Below are positions 1 to 18,583 of a stretch of 64,000 nt of DNA, in pieces. The DNA comes from the human T2T-CHM13v2.0 reference genome, Homo sapiens: assembly GCF_009914755.1 (NCBI RefSeq), contig NC_060925.1, one strand, 5' to 3'. The notes beneath the pieces were generated by a model that saw nothing but the letters and a program-made list of their open reading frames with translations, did not search any database and had not been told where the DNA came from. The position numbers and the translations under genes are program-made. The first letter of the stretch is position 1. Every line of letters starts with the position of its first letter.

Positions 1-277
1 GAAATTGAGAGTGTGGTTAGGGTGCTGAATAGGGAATTGAGCTAACATTGAGTACTTAATTATTTGCCTGGCAGTAGGCTGTGTTTTTAAGTTATTTGAG
101 TTCTGGATTAATAATGATTCTAGAAGGTAATAAGTGAATTCATTACCGTTTTGTATTAATAGTTTTAGTAGATAAAGATTAATGCAATTTATCCAGTACT
201 AGTTTAAAACACCCAAGATAGTTTCTCACAATACAATTCCATGCTATTCTTATCTTCTTAGTTTTTTATGTGTGCGG

Positions 278-323
278 TTTTTTGTTTTGTTTTGTTTTGT
301 TTTGTTTTGTTTTGTTTTGTTTT
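278..323 (+). repeat. (TTTTG)n microsatellite, Alu tail
   Basis: Direct reading. Confidence 0.95.
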
Positions 324-480
324 AAAAAAAAAAAAGACAGGGTCTAGCTCTGTCACCCAGGCTGGGGGTGCAATAGAATGATCATAGCTCACTGTAACTT
401 GAAACTCCTGGGCTCAAGTGATCCTCCCTCCTCAGCCTCCTGAGTAGCTAGAACTATAGGTGCATGCCACTGTGCCCAGC

Positions 481-882
<402 letters not shown>

Positions 883-1901
883 CAGCTAATTTTTATTTTA
901 TTTGTTGTAGAGTCAAAGTCTTTCTGTATCGCCCAGGCTAATCTCCAACTCCTGGGCTCAGGCAGTCTTCCCACCTCAACCTCCCAAAGGGCTGGAATTA
1001 CAGATGTGAGCCACTGTGCCCAGCCTGTCTTCTAAAAATTTAACGCCACTTTGAATTAATTAAAAGCAGAATGTAGTTAGTGAAATTATGTTCATCACTT
1101 AAGAACCAAAGAAGAAGAAAATTTATTTTTTGAGCTTGTTCTTGCACTAGGAGAGCTTGTCTGAACTTCATAATTAAAGACCTTTACCCTTCAGTTCCTT
1201 CATAGAGTTCGAGTTTTATTTTCCAACTGCAGGAACTATTATGTAAAACCTAGTTCGTATCGGTTGGCCTCATTCTTTTTTGTTTCCTGCTGTGAAGTCT
1301 TTGAGCTCTATTTCTGCCATTTTTGTTTCTGACTATGGCTTGTTAGGGGAAGAGTTAAATTATTTAGTCATACTTCCTTATGCCACTGAAATATTGAGGC
1401 CAAAAATCCATATTCTTGTCTTGGAGGAAGGACAATCGTTTATTTTTTATTACTGCAGTCCTCATTATTGCTCACACAAAAGCTTTATGTGTGGTCTCTC
1501 CAGTGAGCCAAATTATCTTAAAATTATGGAAAGTGCCATGAAAATAGAAAGTAAAAATGATGATTGAAGAAGCAGATTACTGAAGAAATCTGTTAAAAAA
1601 AAAATAGCGACAGGAATGTATGCTGGGGAAGAAATTTATGGAAGGAGTAATTTTCAGCAGTGCCTCTCTCGACTCTTCTTTCTGCGATTTTCCCCCATGT
1701 CTTCCATAACCTATTGGGATTGTTCTCTGGGCCTCCATTTCCTCCTTTGTCCAGCGCTTTCCCAACTTCCTTCCTGTCCTATGGATATTGTAGTGACTGT
1801 AGTGAAATGCAGCCTGGAAAAATATGCTCTTAGAATTGAGAGAAGTTTTCTTATATTAGCCTTTTGTATTTTACTTTATTTGTATATTTTCTGCCCCATT
1901 A

Positions 1902-2189
<288 letters not shown>

Positions 2190-2364
2190 CAGTATATAAG
2201 AGAGACCGTTCCACTCCTTCCACCCCAAAAGCTAGCAAATACTGGGTATTATAAGATCTCAGGCAACCTGATAGGTGAAAGTTTTGTCATTACAGAAAGT
2301 TTTTCACACATATACATATACAGTTAAGGAAGAAAGTAGTAGTGTGCTGAGGTGAGGCAGAGTT

Positions 2365-2687
2365 GTGGTTTTTGTTTTTGTTGTTTTTTTGGGTTTTTTT
2401 AGGCAGAGTCTTGCTCTGTCACCCAGACTGGAGTGCAGTGGTGTGATCGCAGCTCTGCAACCTCTGCCTCCCAGGTTCAAGCAATTCTCCTGCCTCAGCC
2501 TCTCAGCCTCCTGAGTAGCTGGGATTACAGGCGCCTGCCACCATGCCCGGCTAATTTTTGTATTTTTAGTAGAGATGGGGTTTCACCATATTGGCCAGGC
2601 TGGTCTCGAACTCCTGACCTCAGGTGATCCTCCCGCCTCGGCCTCCCAACGTGCTGGGATTGCAGGTGACAGCCACCGTGCCCAGCC
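2365..2687 (-). mobile_element. AluS
   Basis: Antisense dimer with a small internal duplication ctcagcctctcagcct. Confidence 0.93.
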
Positions 2688-2697
2688 TAGAGTTTTT

Positions 2698-4623
<1,926 letters not shown>

Positions 4624-4907
4624 TTACCCATTCCAGAGGCCCCAAACCTACCTAGAGGCTTTGGGATCAGGAGGCTTGAGCTTGGATTCTGGCTCTGCCA
4701 CCTCCTTACCTAGAACCCCTTTGTAAGTCACTGAGTTTGTGAGTCTCAACGTCGTCATTACAAAAGTACAGAAACACCAACCTTCTCTTTCATGGTGGGT
4801 AGTGTGGTAGTACTGGACTCTGGATGAGTTATACTTTAAAAGCTATCAACTGTATATCATGTAATCCTGCCCCTACAGGACTGATTCACTAACAAGATAA
4901 CTGTTTA

Positions 4908-5226
<319 letters not shown>

Positions 5227-7039
5227 GAGAGAGAGAAACTGGAGTTGGAAGGGAGCACAGTTAGGGAGTGATAGAGTCCTTTGATGACTGAATGGGTTTT
5301 TCACTATGTCTATACAAGGGACAAGTGAAATACTTTGAAGGCAAGAGAAAAAGATTTCTAGCAACAGAGAGAATTGAGGTGGGGTTCTAATTAGATCAGC
5401 TGTTTTTATGAAAAGGAGCAAACATTAAGCATTCCTAGTTTAGGGAAAGTCTTGACTGGTAGCATATATCAATGTTCTTAGAAGAATAAATTCCCGGTCA
5501 TTGGTCACCAGTCCTGTCTGCTTAGGTGGCTAATAATACCATTGATAGAGTTAGGCTGTAATATCTCAATGTCCTAGGAAACCACTGATTCCTCTGTAAT
5601 ATAAGAGGTGGATTATACTGTGCTTTCATTCATTTATTCTTTCCTTTGCCATGCAGCTAATGGGAAATTACCTATAGTCACCTACTTCATTTGGTCAAGT
5701 GAAACAGCTTGTGGCAATTGGAGCAACTTTCACAGGAGTATTCAAAATTAGAACAACACAGAAACATATTTCTCTATTTTCTCGAAGTCAGTATTTTTCA
5801 AAAACATGTCAGGGTTTAGAATTCAAAAGGATATCTTACTCTTTTCCCAATATAACAAATTTAGACAGATGTGTGAGCTGCATATTACTATTATGCTGCC
5901 TTTAGAATGTATTTCAATTTAATTAGTTTTGTTTGAGAGAAAATAAATCTCTCATCTTTAAGCCTTTTAAATGAATGTGATCCTTTGGAAACATTATACT
6001 TCACAAGAAATAGATTAAATTGCAGCTGTGGAAGATCTTACTTCAGCACTGCGATTTCCATTAAACTGAGTCCTTGAAACCTGCTCCTTTGCCCAAGGTA
6101 TTAAGAAGTGGCTGCTTGTTGTACACTATTTTGTCTTTTCCAAGGAAAAAATTAATGTGATAATTTATTCAGAAGTCTTTTTTCATTATTGTGAAATTGT
6201 GTTTCACCTGAGTTTCAGGCATCTGCCCTGTCCCATCCCTAGCCTGGTACTCCTTTCCTCCCTTTGGTTCTCCCATCTGCAAAGTGGGAGCAATGGTTTG
6301 GAAAGTGGGCATCTTCTTCATGGGGGCCAGTGCCCAAGATTTTTGGAAAGAAGAAACTACCTCTATTATCTCTGTCAGTCTACTTCTCTCCTCCCCACCC
6401 CGAAAGCTACACTGTAAAAGTACCTGTGGTTCCTACAGAGAGACCTTGAGTTTCACACCTGCGTGCCTTTCATATGCTTTTCCCCAGTCATGGAGTCCTC
6501 TTGCCACTCACTTCCCCTGTGCCTGCTAAGCTTCTGTCTAAACATCTGTCTACTGCTTCTTAAGAGCAAACTACCCAACTCCAAGATGAGACAATTGCTT
6601 CTTGTTTTATGCCTACACACATCATATGGCAATGCAATTATTTGTTTCCAAAACCATGTCACTTACAGAGTACCGGATCCTTGAGGGCGGCAACTGTATC
6701 TGACTAAATAAAGTCATTTCTACAAAGTGACTTTCAGAGAATCTGGTACCTAGAACACAGTGTTTAATACATGGCAGCTATGATGACAATGGTAATGAAA
6801 ATTCCTGTATCCTCATCACTTATGCAATGATTGTTAAGTGAATAAATGGGTGAATATTCAACATACCTATTATACTTTTATTGGAATATTTCTTGGTCTG
6901 GGGTTTCTACTTTGTGAGCCCTATAAATTGGAATTCTGATTTCATAGGACTAAAAATGAGTTACTTATACTATGGCTTTTTTTCACCCCGAGTAAATACC
7001 CTTAGGGAATGTTTTTAATTAATAAGCTTTTAAACTGAA

Positions 7040-7240
7040 AGATATTTTGGCTATAAGTTCTGATTCTAGATGTGTTATGTTGGTCAAATTTCTTAAACTC
7101 ACTGTGCCTCAATTTCTCCATCTATATAATGACGTAACCATGCAGTTCTCTACTGGTTTGAGTGAGACAAGTAATGTATTAGGCATGTGTGCACATGTAT
7201 GTGTGTGTGCCTTCTATGTTGTAAACATTTATTAAATGGT
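7040..7240 (+). mobile_element. MIR fragment
   Basis: Core-like ctcactgtgcctcaatttctccatctatataat. Confidence 0.6.
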
Positions 7241-7635
7241 ACTATTATAGTTATAAAATGTCAATATAGAAAAACAAACTGAAAATCACCTTAAATCCCA
7301 CCAGCGATATGATCATTGCTGACATTTAGTAGAGATACTCACAGAACTTTCTTTAAACCCACACAGAAACTTTTACATAAATGAAAATAATGTGGTAAAT
7401 AGGTTGCATGAAATTTGTTATTTTCTTCACTCTGCATGCAGTGTTTTCTTTCTATGACAATGCATCTACATCTGTATCATCCTCCCCTACCTCTGTTTAA
7501 TACCACAGTTTTCCATTTATTGATATACGATTATTAGTATAATTGTTTGTTGGTTAATACGTAGTTTTTTTCACTTTTTCTCTTTTAAAGGAATAGCCAT
7601 GAGAGGGATGACTGGGTTTTTAAATTTTTTAGGAT

Positions 7636-7840
7636 TTTTTTTTTTTGAGACATAGTTTCACCTGTCACCCAGGTTGGAGAGCAGTGGCGTGATCTCAGCT
7701 TACTGCAGCCTCCACCTCCAGAATTCAAGCTATTCTTGTGCCTCAGCTTCCTGAGTGGCCAGGCTGGTCTCAAACTCCTGACCTCAAGTGATCCACCCAC
7801 CTTGGCTTCCCAAAGTGCTAGGATTACAGGCGCCCAGCCT
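7636..7840 (-). mobile_element. Alu with internal deletion across the linker
   Basis: cctgagt joins directly to ggccaggctgg. Confidence 0.85.
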
Positions 7841-7974
7841 AGGATAAATTCTTAGAAGTGGAATTATTAGATTAAAAGTTAACCTATAAAAATATTCAAT
7901 ATGATGTGGTTTTTTTTTTTTTTTTCGTCTGTGTGTTACATTCAGTAAAAGAGTTTATTAAAGAAAAAAAGTTG

Positions 7975-8269
7975 GGCCAGGCACAGTGGCTCATACCTAT
8001 AACCTCAGCATTTTGAGAGGCTGAGATTAGAGGATTGCCTGATCCCAAGAGTTCAGGACCACCCTGGGCAAGATAGCAAGACCTTGTCTCTACCAAAAAA
8101 ATTAGCCAGGCGTGGTGGCACACACCTGTAGTCCTAGCTACTTGGGAGGCTGAGGTGGGAGTATTCCTTGAACCTGGGAGTTAGAGGCTTCTAGGCTACA
8201 GTGAGCTATGATTGTGCCACTGCACTCCAGCCTGGACAACAGAACAAGACCCTGCCTCTTTAAAAAAAA
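7975..8269 (+). mobile_element. AluJ
   Basis: Diverged full dimer. Confidence 0.9.
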
Positions 8270-8559
8270 GTAAATTACAGAGAAGGACTCTCAGATTTAA
8301 TTATCACCAATTCAAATTACATGAATTTCAACTCAGTTCTTTAATAATAATTTGTCACTTTTCATAATCAATCCTTCTGCTTTAATAAAATTGTGGGTGG
8401 GGTATTGTTAGGTATAATATATTATGACGTGATATTCACACCTCAGGCAAATCTATTACTTGAGCTAAACTTTAATTTTTATATAATTAATATTTCCATT
8501 CCTAGCTTAAGTTAATTAACTTTTACTTCCAATTTGGCAGGGTTTTTTAGTAGATTTAA

Positions 8560-8909
<350 letters not shown>

Positions 8910-9287
8910 AGTATAAATTTCTATTCATGTTAGTTGAACTATAAAAAATTAACAGTAGTTGAAAACCTATCACTTCATGATATTTTTGAATAGTTAATTT
9001 TATTGAAACAAATCTCATTAAAGATCTCTAAAGTGAAAGTTTGTATAGTATAACAAAAGGATTTGAATTCATTTACTTTTGCTGAATTTTCACTGGATTA
9101 ACCCTAATTCTACTTCTGCTAGGTTAATGTTATAACTAAGTATCCCATCTCTGGTACATAAATATAAGAAGACTTACCTCATATCAGATTGTCTTCCCCC
9201 ACTACAGTAGTTGAAACCAGTCTATAAGGGGAAAAGTCAAAACACAATGAAAATCCGTTATAATATAGCTTAGAAGCTTTGCAAATA

Positions 9288-9613
9288 CAGTCAGGCCTTA
9301 ATGGCAGGGATACATTTCTGAGAAATGCGTCACTGAGTGATTTTGTTGTATGAAGGTCATAAAGTGTACAACCTAGATGGTGTGGCCCACTCCACACCTA
9401 GGCTATGTGGTATAAGGCTATTGTTCCCAGGCTATAAACCTGGGCAGCATGTTACTGTACTGAATACTGTAGGCAACTGTAACACAATGGTAAATATTTT
9501 TATATCTAAATACAGAAAAGGCACAGTAAAAATATGGTATTATAATTGTATGGGACCACCATTATATATGTGGTCCATCCTTGACTGAGGCATTATTATG
9601 TGGCACCTGATTA
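9288..9613 (-). mobile_element. Tigger3a (MER7A)-like non-autonomous DNA transposon
   Basis: Matches recalled consensus blocks gttactgtactgaatactgtaggcaa and gggaccacc...tatatgtggtcc; starts ta|cagtc. Confidence 0.8.
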
Positions 9614-10118
9614 TAGAGGTATTTCTCATTTGAGGCTGTTATCTTCAGTATCCAGAGCTACTATAATTTGCTACTGAACGACATTTTATTGAGTTGGAAA
9701 TTCAGAACCTGGGAAAAAAATGAACTCACCCCTAAGGTAAAATATTACTGTCTTTCAGGGACTAGGCATCATGAAGCTGAGACAGAAGTTACTAGAACTA
9801 TCTGGAAGACCTCAGAAGGCCCACTTTGTCAGTAATCAGATGAGGAAGCTAAAAACAGATAAGAAAACCAGAATTGTAGGTCAAGAGCATAGAAAGCTCC
9901 TTTGGACAGAAAGCTTTTTCCCTTTTTCTTTTTTCTTCTTTTGTATCTTTTTGGATGCCAAGGCAAATTACTGAACATCTGAAAGAGCACAAGACTAGGA
10001 GATTGAAAGAGGTATGTCAGTTAGATTTACAAATTAATATTCAGAATTAGCAGGAGCCTAAGAAACCATATCAATGAATACTTTTTGGTTGCAAAGAACA
10101 GAAATTAGTTCAAATAAT

Positions 10119-10441
10119 TGTCCCAGTCAGCTTGGGCTGACCATAGACATCTATTTCTCACAGTTCTGGAGGCTGAGAAGCCCAACATCTAGATGCTGAT
10201 TAATTTGGTTCTTGTTGAGGGCTGTCTTCCTGGTTTGCAGACAATGTTCCTGCTGTATGCACACACATGGTGAAGGGAGAGATTATGTCTCTTAGTGTAA
10301 AGGCACTAATTTCCTCTATGAGGGCTCCATCCTCATGACCTTGTTACTTCCCAAAGGCCCCACGTCCAAATACCATCGTATTGGGAATTAAGGCTTCAAC
10401 ATATGAATTTGCAGAGGGACATAAAAATTCAGCCCATAACA
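10119..10441 (-). mobile_element. MLT1A-type MaLR solo LTR
   Basis: atttctcacagttctggaggctg...caacatatgaattt...cagcccataaca. Confidence 0.75.
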
Positions 10442-10971
10442 ATAGCTTCACCAAAAAAGTAGAATCTATTGTAATGGTGTGAATCCCTCCTGGAATCTGA
10501 AGATCGGGATGCACCAGGGCTTTGGGAAATGATGGCTTTTCCAGTCCCTTCATCTGTGTGGCAGAATATGGACATCTCACAGAAGCTTAATGAACATGTA
10601 AAAAAGCTAGCTGTTGTCTCAGCTCCAATTTAAAACCCCCTAAAGAGAGAATCTTGGTTGTCCTAGCCTATGTTATATGCTCCTCAGCTGTGGCCTGGAG
10701 TGTCATGACAAGCAACACAAACTTGGCTGCCCACCATAAAGGATGGTATTTGTGATGAGAGGATTTGAAGGACAGTCCCTTACAAAGAGAAGCAGTTGTG
10801 TGCTGGCAAAGATCCCCCTAGATCTCTACTACATTCCTCATCTGGTCTGGCTTTCTCATCTTAGTGATATAGAAATTGAGATAGAATGCCATTAAATCAC
10901 TTCCCATAGTCATGGCTTGATGAATGTGGGAAAAAGATATAATTTATCATCCAAACTGGGTAACTACTAAT

Positions 10972-11266
10972 CGGCACAGTGGCTCATGCCTGTGATCTCA
11001 GCACTTTGAGAGGCCAGGGCAAGTGGATCGCTTGAGTCCAGGAGTTCAAGACCAGCCTGGGTAACATGGCAAGACCCCGTCTTTATAAAAAAATGAGCCC
11101 GGTGTGTGGTGCGCACCTGTAGTCCCAGCTACTCAGGAAGCTGAGGTGGGAGGATTGTTTGAGTCTGGGCGGTCAAGGCTGCAGTGAGCCATGATCGCAC
11201 CATTGCACTCCAGCCTGGGCGACAGAGCAAGACCCTGACTCAAAAATAAATAAATAAATAAATAAG
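10972..11266 (+). mobile_element. AluJ with (TAAA)n tail
   Basis: Dimer sequence. Confidence 0.9.
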
Positions 11267-12295
11267 TAATTGGAACAACATAAATAAAGTAGGCTGTCTC
11301 AGGAAAATCAGGATATATGATTACCATTGAATGAAAGAGTTGTAGATCTTGGATTTTAAGATAATAAATAGATATTTGGGTAAATTGGGAAGCATCAAAT
11401 CAGGAATAAAGATAGTTCTTCCCACCATTGTGGGATGATATCAAAGATAAAGACATGTCTACATAATTTATTATTCTTCCTTTATATCATTCAGTCACCT
11501 TTGAAAGAAGAAACTTTGGGAAAGGCACTTAGTTTCTCTACCTCTCAATTTACTGGAAGTAAATGGAAAAAAATAATATTTTCCCAATTTCAAGATAATC
11601 TGAATGAGCACTCAGGTCATGAAAGGTGGGGAGCAATATTTGATCCAAAATGAAATATCTTAATTGTTTTCCTTGGGGCTGGGTCAGAAAAAGCTAAAAG
11701 GGTAGTCAACCTATATATATATTGAACCTATTTATTTACAGGCATACTTCAGATAGATTATGGGTTCCATTCTAGACTACCACAATAAAGCAAGTATCAG
11801 AATAAGTGAGTCATGTGTGTTTTTTTGTTTCCCGCATATGTGAAAGTTATGTTTATACTATGGTCTATAAAGTGTGCATTAGCATTATGTCTAAACAAGT
11901 AGATACATTAATTTTAAAATAATTTATTTCTAAAAATTGCTAACGATCATCTAAGCCTCAGCAAGTTGTCATCTTTTTGCTGGTGGAGAGTCTCGCCTCC
12001 ATGTTGATGGTTGCTGACTGATCAGGGTGGTGGTTGCTGAAGGTTGGGGTGGCTGTGACAACTTCTTAAGATAACAATGACATTCGCCACATCGATTGTC
12101 TCCTTTCAGGAAAGATTTCTCAGTAACATCGGATGCTGTTTAATAGCATTTTACCCACAGTAGAATTTCTTTCAAAATTGGAGTCTAGGACTGGTTTATC
12201 AATGAAGTTTATGTAATAGTCTAGATTCATTGTTGTCATTTCAACAATGTTCAAAGCATCTCCACCGGGAGATTTCATGTCAAGAAACCACTTTT

Positions 12296-12706
<411 letters not shown>

Positions 12707-12825
12707 CTAGTTCTCTGTCCATTTCCACCACACCTGCAGTGACTTCCTTCACTGAAATCTTGAACCCCTCAAAGTCATTCATGAGAGTTGTTATCAGCTT
12801 CTCCAAAATTCCTGTTAATGTTGAT

Positions 12826-13200
12826 TTTTTTTTTGTAGCCACATTTATTTAAGTGTACAGCTCAGTGGTAATAAATACAGGTATATTCTTTTTTTTCCTT
12901 CCTCTCTCCCAGCTCCCCAAAAAACCCCCTCCCCACCCCGCCCCAGCCTCTGGTAATCACCAGTCTACTCTCTGTCTTCATGAAATCTACTTTTTTAGCT
13001 CCCACATATGAGTGAGAACATGATATTTCTCTTTCTGTGCTTGGTATATTTCACTTCACATAATGGCCTCCAGTTCCATCCATATTATTGCAAATGACAG
13101 GATTTCATTCTTTGTTATGGCTGAATATTATTCCATTGTGTATATATACCACATTTTCATTATCCATTCACCTGTTGATGAGCACTTAGGTTGATTCCAT
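12826..13200 (-). mobile_element. L1MA-type 3' end inside Tigger1
   Basis: Poly(T) followed by gctcccacatatgagtgagaacatg...gcacttaggttgattccat. Confidence 0.8.
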
Positions 13201-13305
13201 ATAAGGAAAGGAGTTTAATTGACTCATGGTTCCTCATGGCTGGGGAAGCTTCAGGAAACTTACAATCATGGCTGAAGGGGAAGCAAACACATCCTTCTTC
13301 ACATG
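13201..13305 (-). mobile_element. THE1/MST LTR internal fragment
   Basis: tttaattgactca...ggaaacttacaatcatggctgaaggggaagcaaacacatccttcttcacatg, similar to 35290-35385. Confidence 0.75.
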
Positions 13306-14369
13306 AAAGGCTATTGTTGAAAATTTATTGTTTAATGTAACCATCTTCATTATTGAGCTTAGCTAGATCTTCTGAATAACTTTCTGAAGTTTCTACATCA
13401 TCACTTGCTGCTTCTCCTTGCATTTTATGAGATTGAGACTCCTCGCCTTAAACCTCTGCTAGCTTCAAACAACTTCTGCAACTTCCTCACCTCTCTCAGC
13501 CTTGATAGAATTGAAGAGAGTTAGGGCCTTGCTTTGGATTAGGCTTTTGCTTAAGAGAATGTTGTGGCTGATTCCAACTTCTATCCAGACCACTCAAACT
13601 TTCTCCATATTAGCAATTAGGCCGTTTCGCTTTCTTATCATTCCTGTGTTCGCTGGAGTGGCACTTTTAATTTCCTTCAAGAACTTTTCCTTTGCATTCA
13701 CAACTTGGCTAACTGGTGCAACAGGCCTAGCTTTCAGCTTAGCTCAGCTTTTGACATGCCTTCCTCACTAAGTTTCATCATTTCTAGCTTTTGATTTAAA
13801 GTGAGAGATGTGGGACTCTTCCTTTTACTTGAACACTTAAAGATCATTGTAGGGTATTAATTGGCCTAACTTTAATATTGTTGTGTCTTGGAATCGGAAG
13901 GCCTCGGAGGAGAGAAAAAGAGATGGGGAGCAGCTGGTCAGTGGAGTAATCAGAACACACAATTATGTGTTAACTGATTAATTAAGTTTGCCATTTTATA
14001 TGGGCACAGTTTATGGTGCCCCAAAACAATTATAATAACATTGAAGGTCATGGATCACATATCGCCATAACAGACAGAATAATAATGTAAAAGTTTGAAA
14101 TATTGAGAGAATTACCCAAATGTGACACAGACAGGAAGTCAGCACATGCCACTGTAAAAATGGTGCCAGTAGACTTGCTCAATGCAGGGTTGCCACAAAC
14201 TTTCCATTTGTAAAAAAAAAAAAAAACAATAAAATGAGATGTACCTATATACTGAAAAAAGTGTCATAAGGGTATGTTATTGTTCAAGGTGCAATTTGTT
14301 TGCATGAAGAGAAAGGTGCAGTTGTATGGGACTCCATATTGCATTTGGGACTTTAAAAAGCCTAAAAGT

Positions 14370-14545
14370 CTTAGTTGGGTATGGTGGCGCATGCCTGTGG
14401 TCCCAGCTTCTCAGGAGGCAGAGGCAGGAGGATCTCTTTATCCCAGGAGATTGAGGCTGTAGCGAGCCATGTGCATACTACTTCACTCCAGTCTGAATGA
14501 CAGTGAGAACCTGTCTCAAAAAAAAAAAAAGCAAGCAAAAAACAA
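14370..14545 (+). mobile_element. Alu right monomer (FRAM/AluJ)
   Basis: Right arm plus A-tail. Confidence 0.85.
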
Positions 14546-15270
14546 AATATAGCTTAAAAGTCAACTATTGGGCATTTCCCCCATGTGTTGTAGTGACCTG
14601 GTTTTTGGTTGATACTGACTTTTTTATCTCAAAATCCAAGACCTAAGATGGTAGAGTGACCATCTGTTCTTGCTCATCTTTTTATAGAGATGGCTGTTAG
14701 AAATTATCTCATTTTTTATGTGTACCATTCAGATGATATGACCTCTGGGTATGCCCTAGGATTATAGACTTTTAAACTAATTGCTAAAGCACCTTGGGCA
14801 AATTATAGTTTCATAATCTAGTGAAAGTAAATCATACCCCAGTTGTTCTGAGATCTAAATGAGATACTGTGCATAATGAGTTTAGCACGGTGTTCTGCAC
14901 TCAGTAAATGGTAGCCTTTATTAACTGTAGTTAACCTAATAGACTTCCAAAAAAGAATTCTTTTTTTTCTTTTTTTGCCTATATTATTTGGAAGACTTTC
15001 TATATCTGTTGTTTAAAGAATAATGCCCTCAGAGAACAGCTTCTCAATAATACAATAGATGATAATCTAAAGCTAATTGTGCATAAAATATATCATTCTT
15101 TCCAACTAGTTATTGAATTTTCAGTGGAGCATATTTCCTTTAGTGATGAAAAAATATGAAAACTGCTTGAATAGTTGGAAGCTGTATAACTTTTATTTAA
15201 ATAGTGAAATTGTTTTATATTAAATAAGAAGAAAACAAAAGAGAGACCTCTCCTAAAAGCGAATGGCTGC

Positions 15271-15321
15271 AAATGTGTTATTTTTTTTTTCCCTAGCCCT
15301 AACCCTAAATGTGTTATTTTT
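15271..15321 (-). repeat. Short interstitial telomeric insertion (CCCTAG CCCTAA CCCTAA) with T-tract, between 15-bp direct repeats
   Basis: AAATGTGTTATTTTT at 15271-15285 and 15307-15321; insert TTTTTCCCTAGCCCTAACCCT at 15286-15306. Confidence 0.85.
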
Positions 15322-16168
15322 AAGGCCATAAAAGAGTCTTTGTCTTGGATTTATTTTTCTATCCAGAGATCAGCATTTTTCTTTTAGATTTAATCCAGTT
15401 GAATCAAGGTTCACTCTTTCTTGGGTTTCTTGCTCTGTTCCCAGTTTTCCACTGCATAGCAGAGTTTCTCCAGAGGCCTCGGCATGTTGCCGGGAGCAGC
15501 TGCCTTAGCCATAAACACCCGTATTGGCACTGGAAAAAACATCAACAGCAAGCAAGCTGCTTTGCCTTTCCACTGCCAGAGGCTCTGCACATTTAGAAAC
15601 AGAACCGTGAAAGGCATAACTTCAGATTTCCTCTTACGTAAATTAAAATTAACGATCTGCTTTCTTCATTTGGGATCTCATTTTTCTCTCTCAGAATAAT
15701 AGTACCATAGATTCTATTCTACCAAAATGGAGGACCACCACTAAAGAAGCAGACATATCCATAAACATGAAACAGTTAGATTTCCTACATGCTCAAGCGT
15801 TTTGCTGATCAAAACCATTTTTTTTTTAACCTTAGTCACTTCGAAGGCTGGAGCCCATGTTAGTGAAAGCCTACTCGCAGTTGATTAAGCACCACTTCCA
15901 TTCAGGACTGCAACTCAGCACATCCTCATTGAGGGCCACTATGCACAAGCTATGCATGAAAAGCTGGGAACCACCTAGAGGAGGATGTTGGCTCCTGCCC
16001 TAAGGAGCTCCACTCAGTTCAGTAGGTGTTGCGTGCCTGCGCTGATGGTTACTGCCCAACAAGGACTGACTTTACCATGTTGTGTTGTGGTATAAGTGCA
16101 AGAAGAGAAATTTTTTTAAACCTAGTGCCACAAGATTCAAAGACAGGAGGGTAGGATAGGTGATTTAG

Positions 16169-16566
<398 letters not shown>

Positions 16567-16569
16567 CCC

Positions 16570-16848
16570 CATTCTTCTCACTCTGTCAATCAGCCTGGAG
16601 TACAGTAGTACAGTCATAGCTCACTGCAGTCTTTAACTCCTGGACTGAAGCGATCCTCCCACCTCAGCTTCCTCTGAGTAGCTGGAATTACAGGCACACA
16701 TCACCATAACTGGTTAACTTTTTATTATTTTTTTGTAGAGACAGGGTCTTTCTGTGTTGCCCAGGCTGGTCTCAGACTCCTCAAGTGATCCTCCTGTCTC
16801 AGCCTCCCAAAGCTCTGGGATTACAGGCATGAGCCACCACACCTGGCC
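16570..16848 (-). mobile_element. AluJ, tandem to the previous Alu
   Basis: Antisense diverged dimer lacking its tail. Confidence 0.88.
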
Positions 16849-16992
16849 TTATCTGATTTTCAAATATGATTTAAAGTACCTTGTTTGTAGTTAATTATAA
16901 ATTAACGAGATTGGAAAATATGGTCAGCAAAAAACATGATCATACTAGACATACTATTTTAAAACTTGGTTTTACCAGTTAGTATATTTTGA

Positions 16993-17395
<403 letters not shown>

Positions 17396-17513
17396 TAAGT
17401 AGGTAAGAAGATACAAATATAAGAAAAGCTGAACTCTGAAGTGTCAGGAGAAAATATATAATCTAGACAGTGGACGTATTTTTAAATGCATGATATTAAG
17501 AATAGAAACGTAT

Positions 17514-17884
<371 letters not shown>

Positions 17885-18028
17885 CTAAATAAAATGTAAA
17901 GGCATTATCTTGTTTAATTCTCACAATAGCTTTGTGAAGTAGGTACTTAGATTTCTTTTAGAGAAGGGGAAACTGAGGCACAGAGAACTGACAGTGTGGA
18001 AATCGGTGCTTTCTATGAGATTGATGAT

Positions 18029-18583
<555 letters not shown>

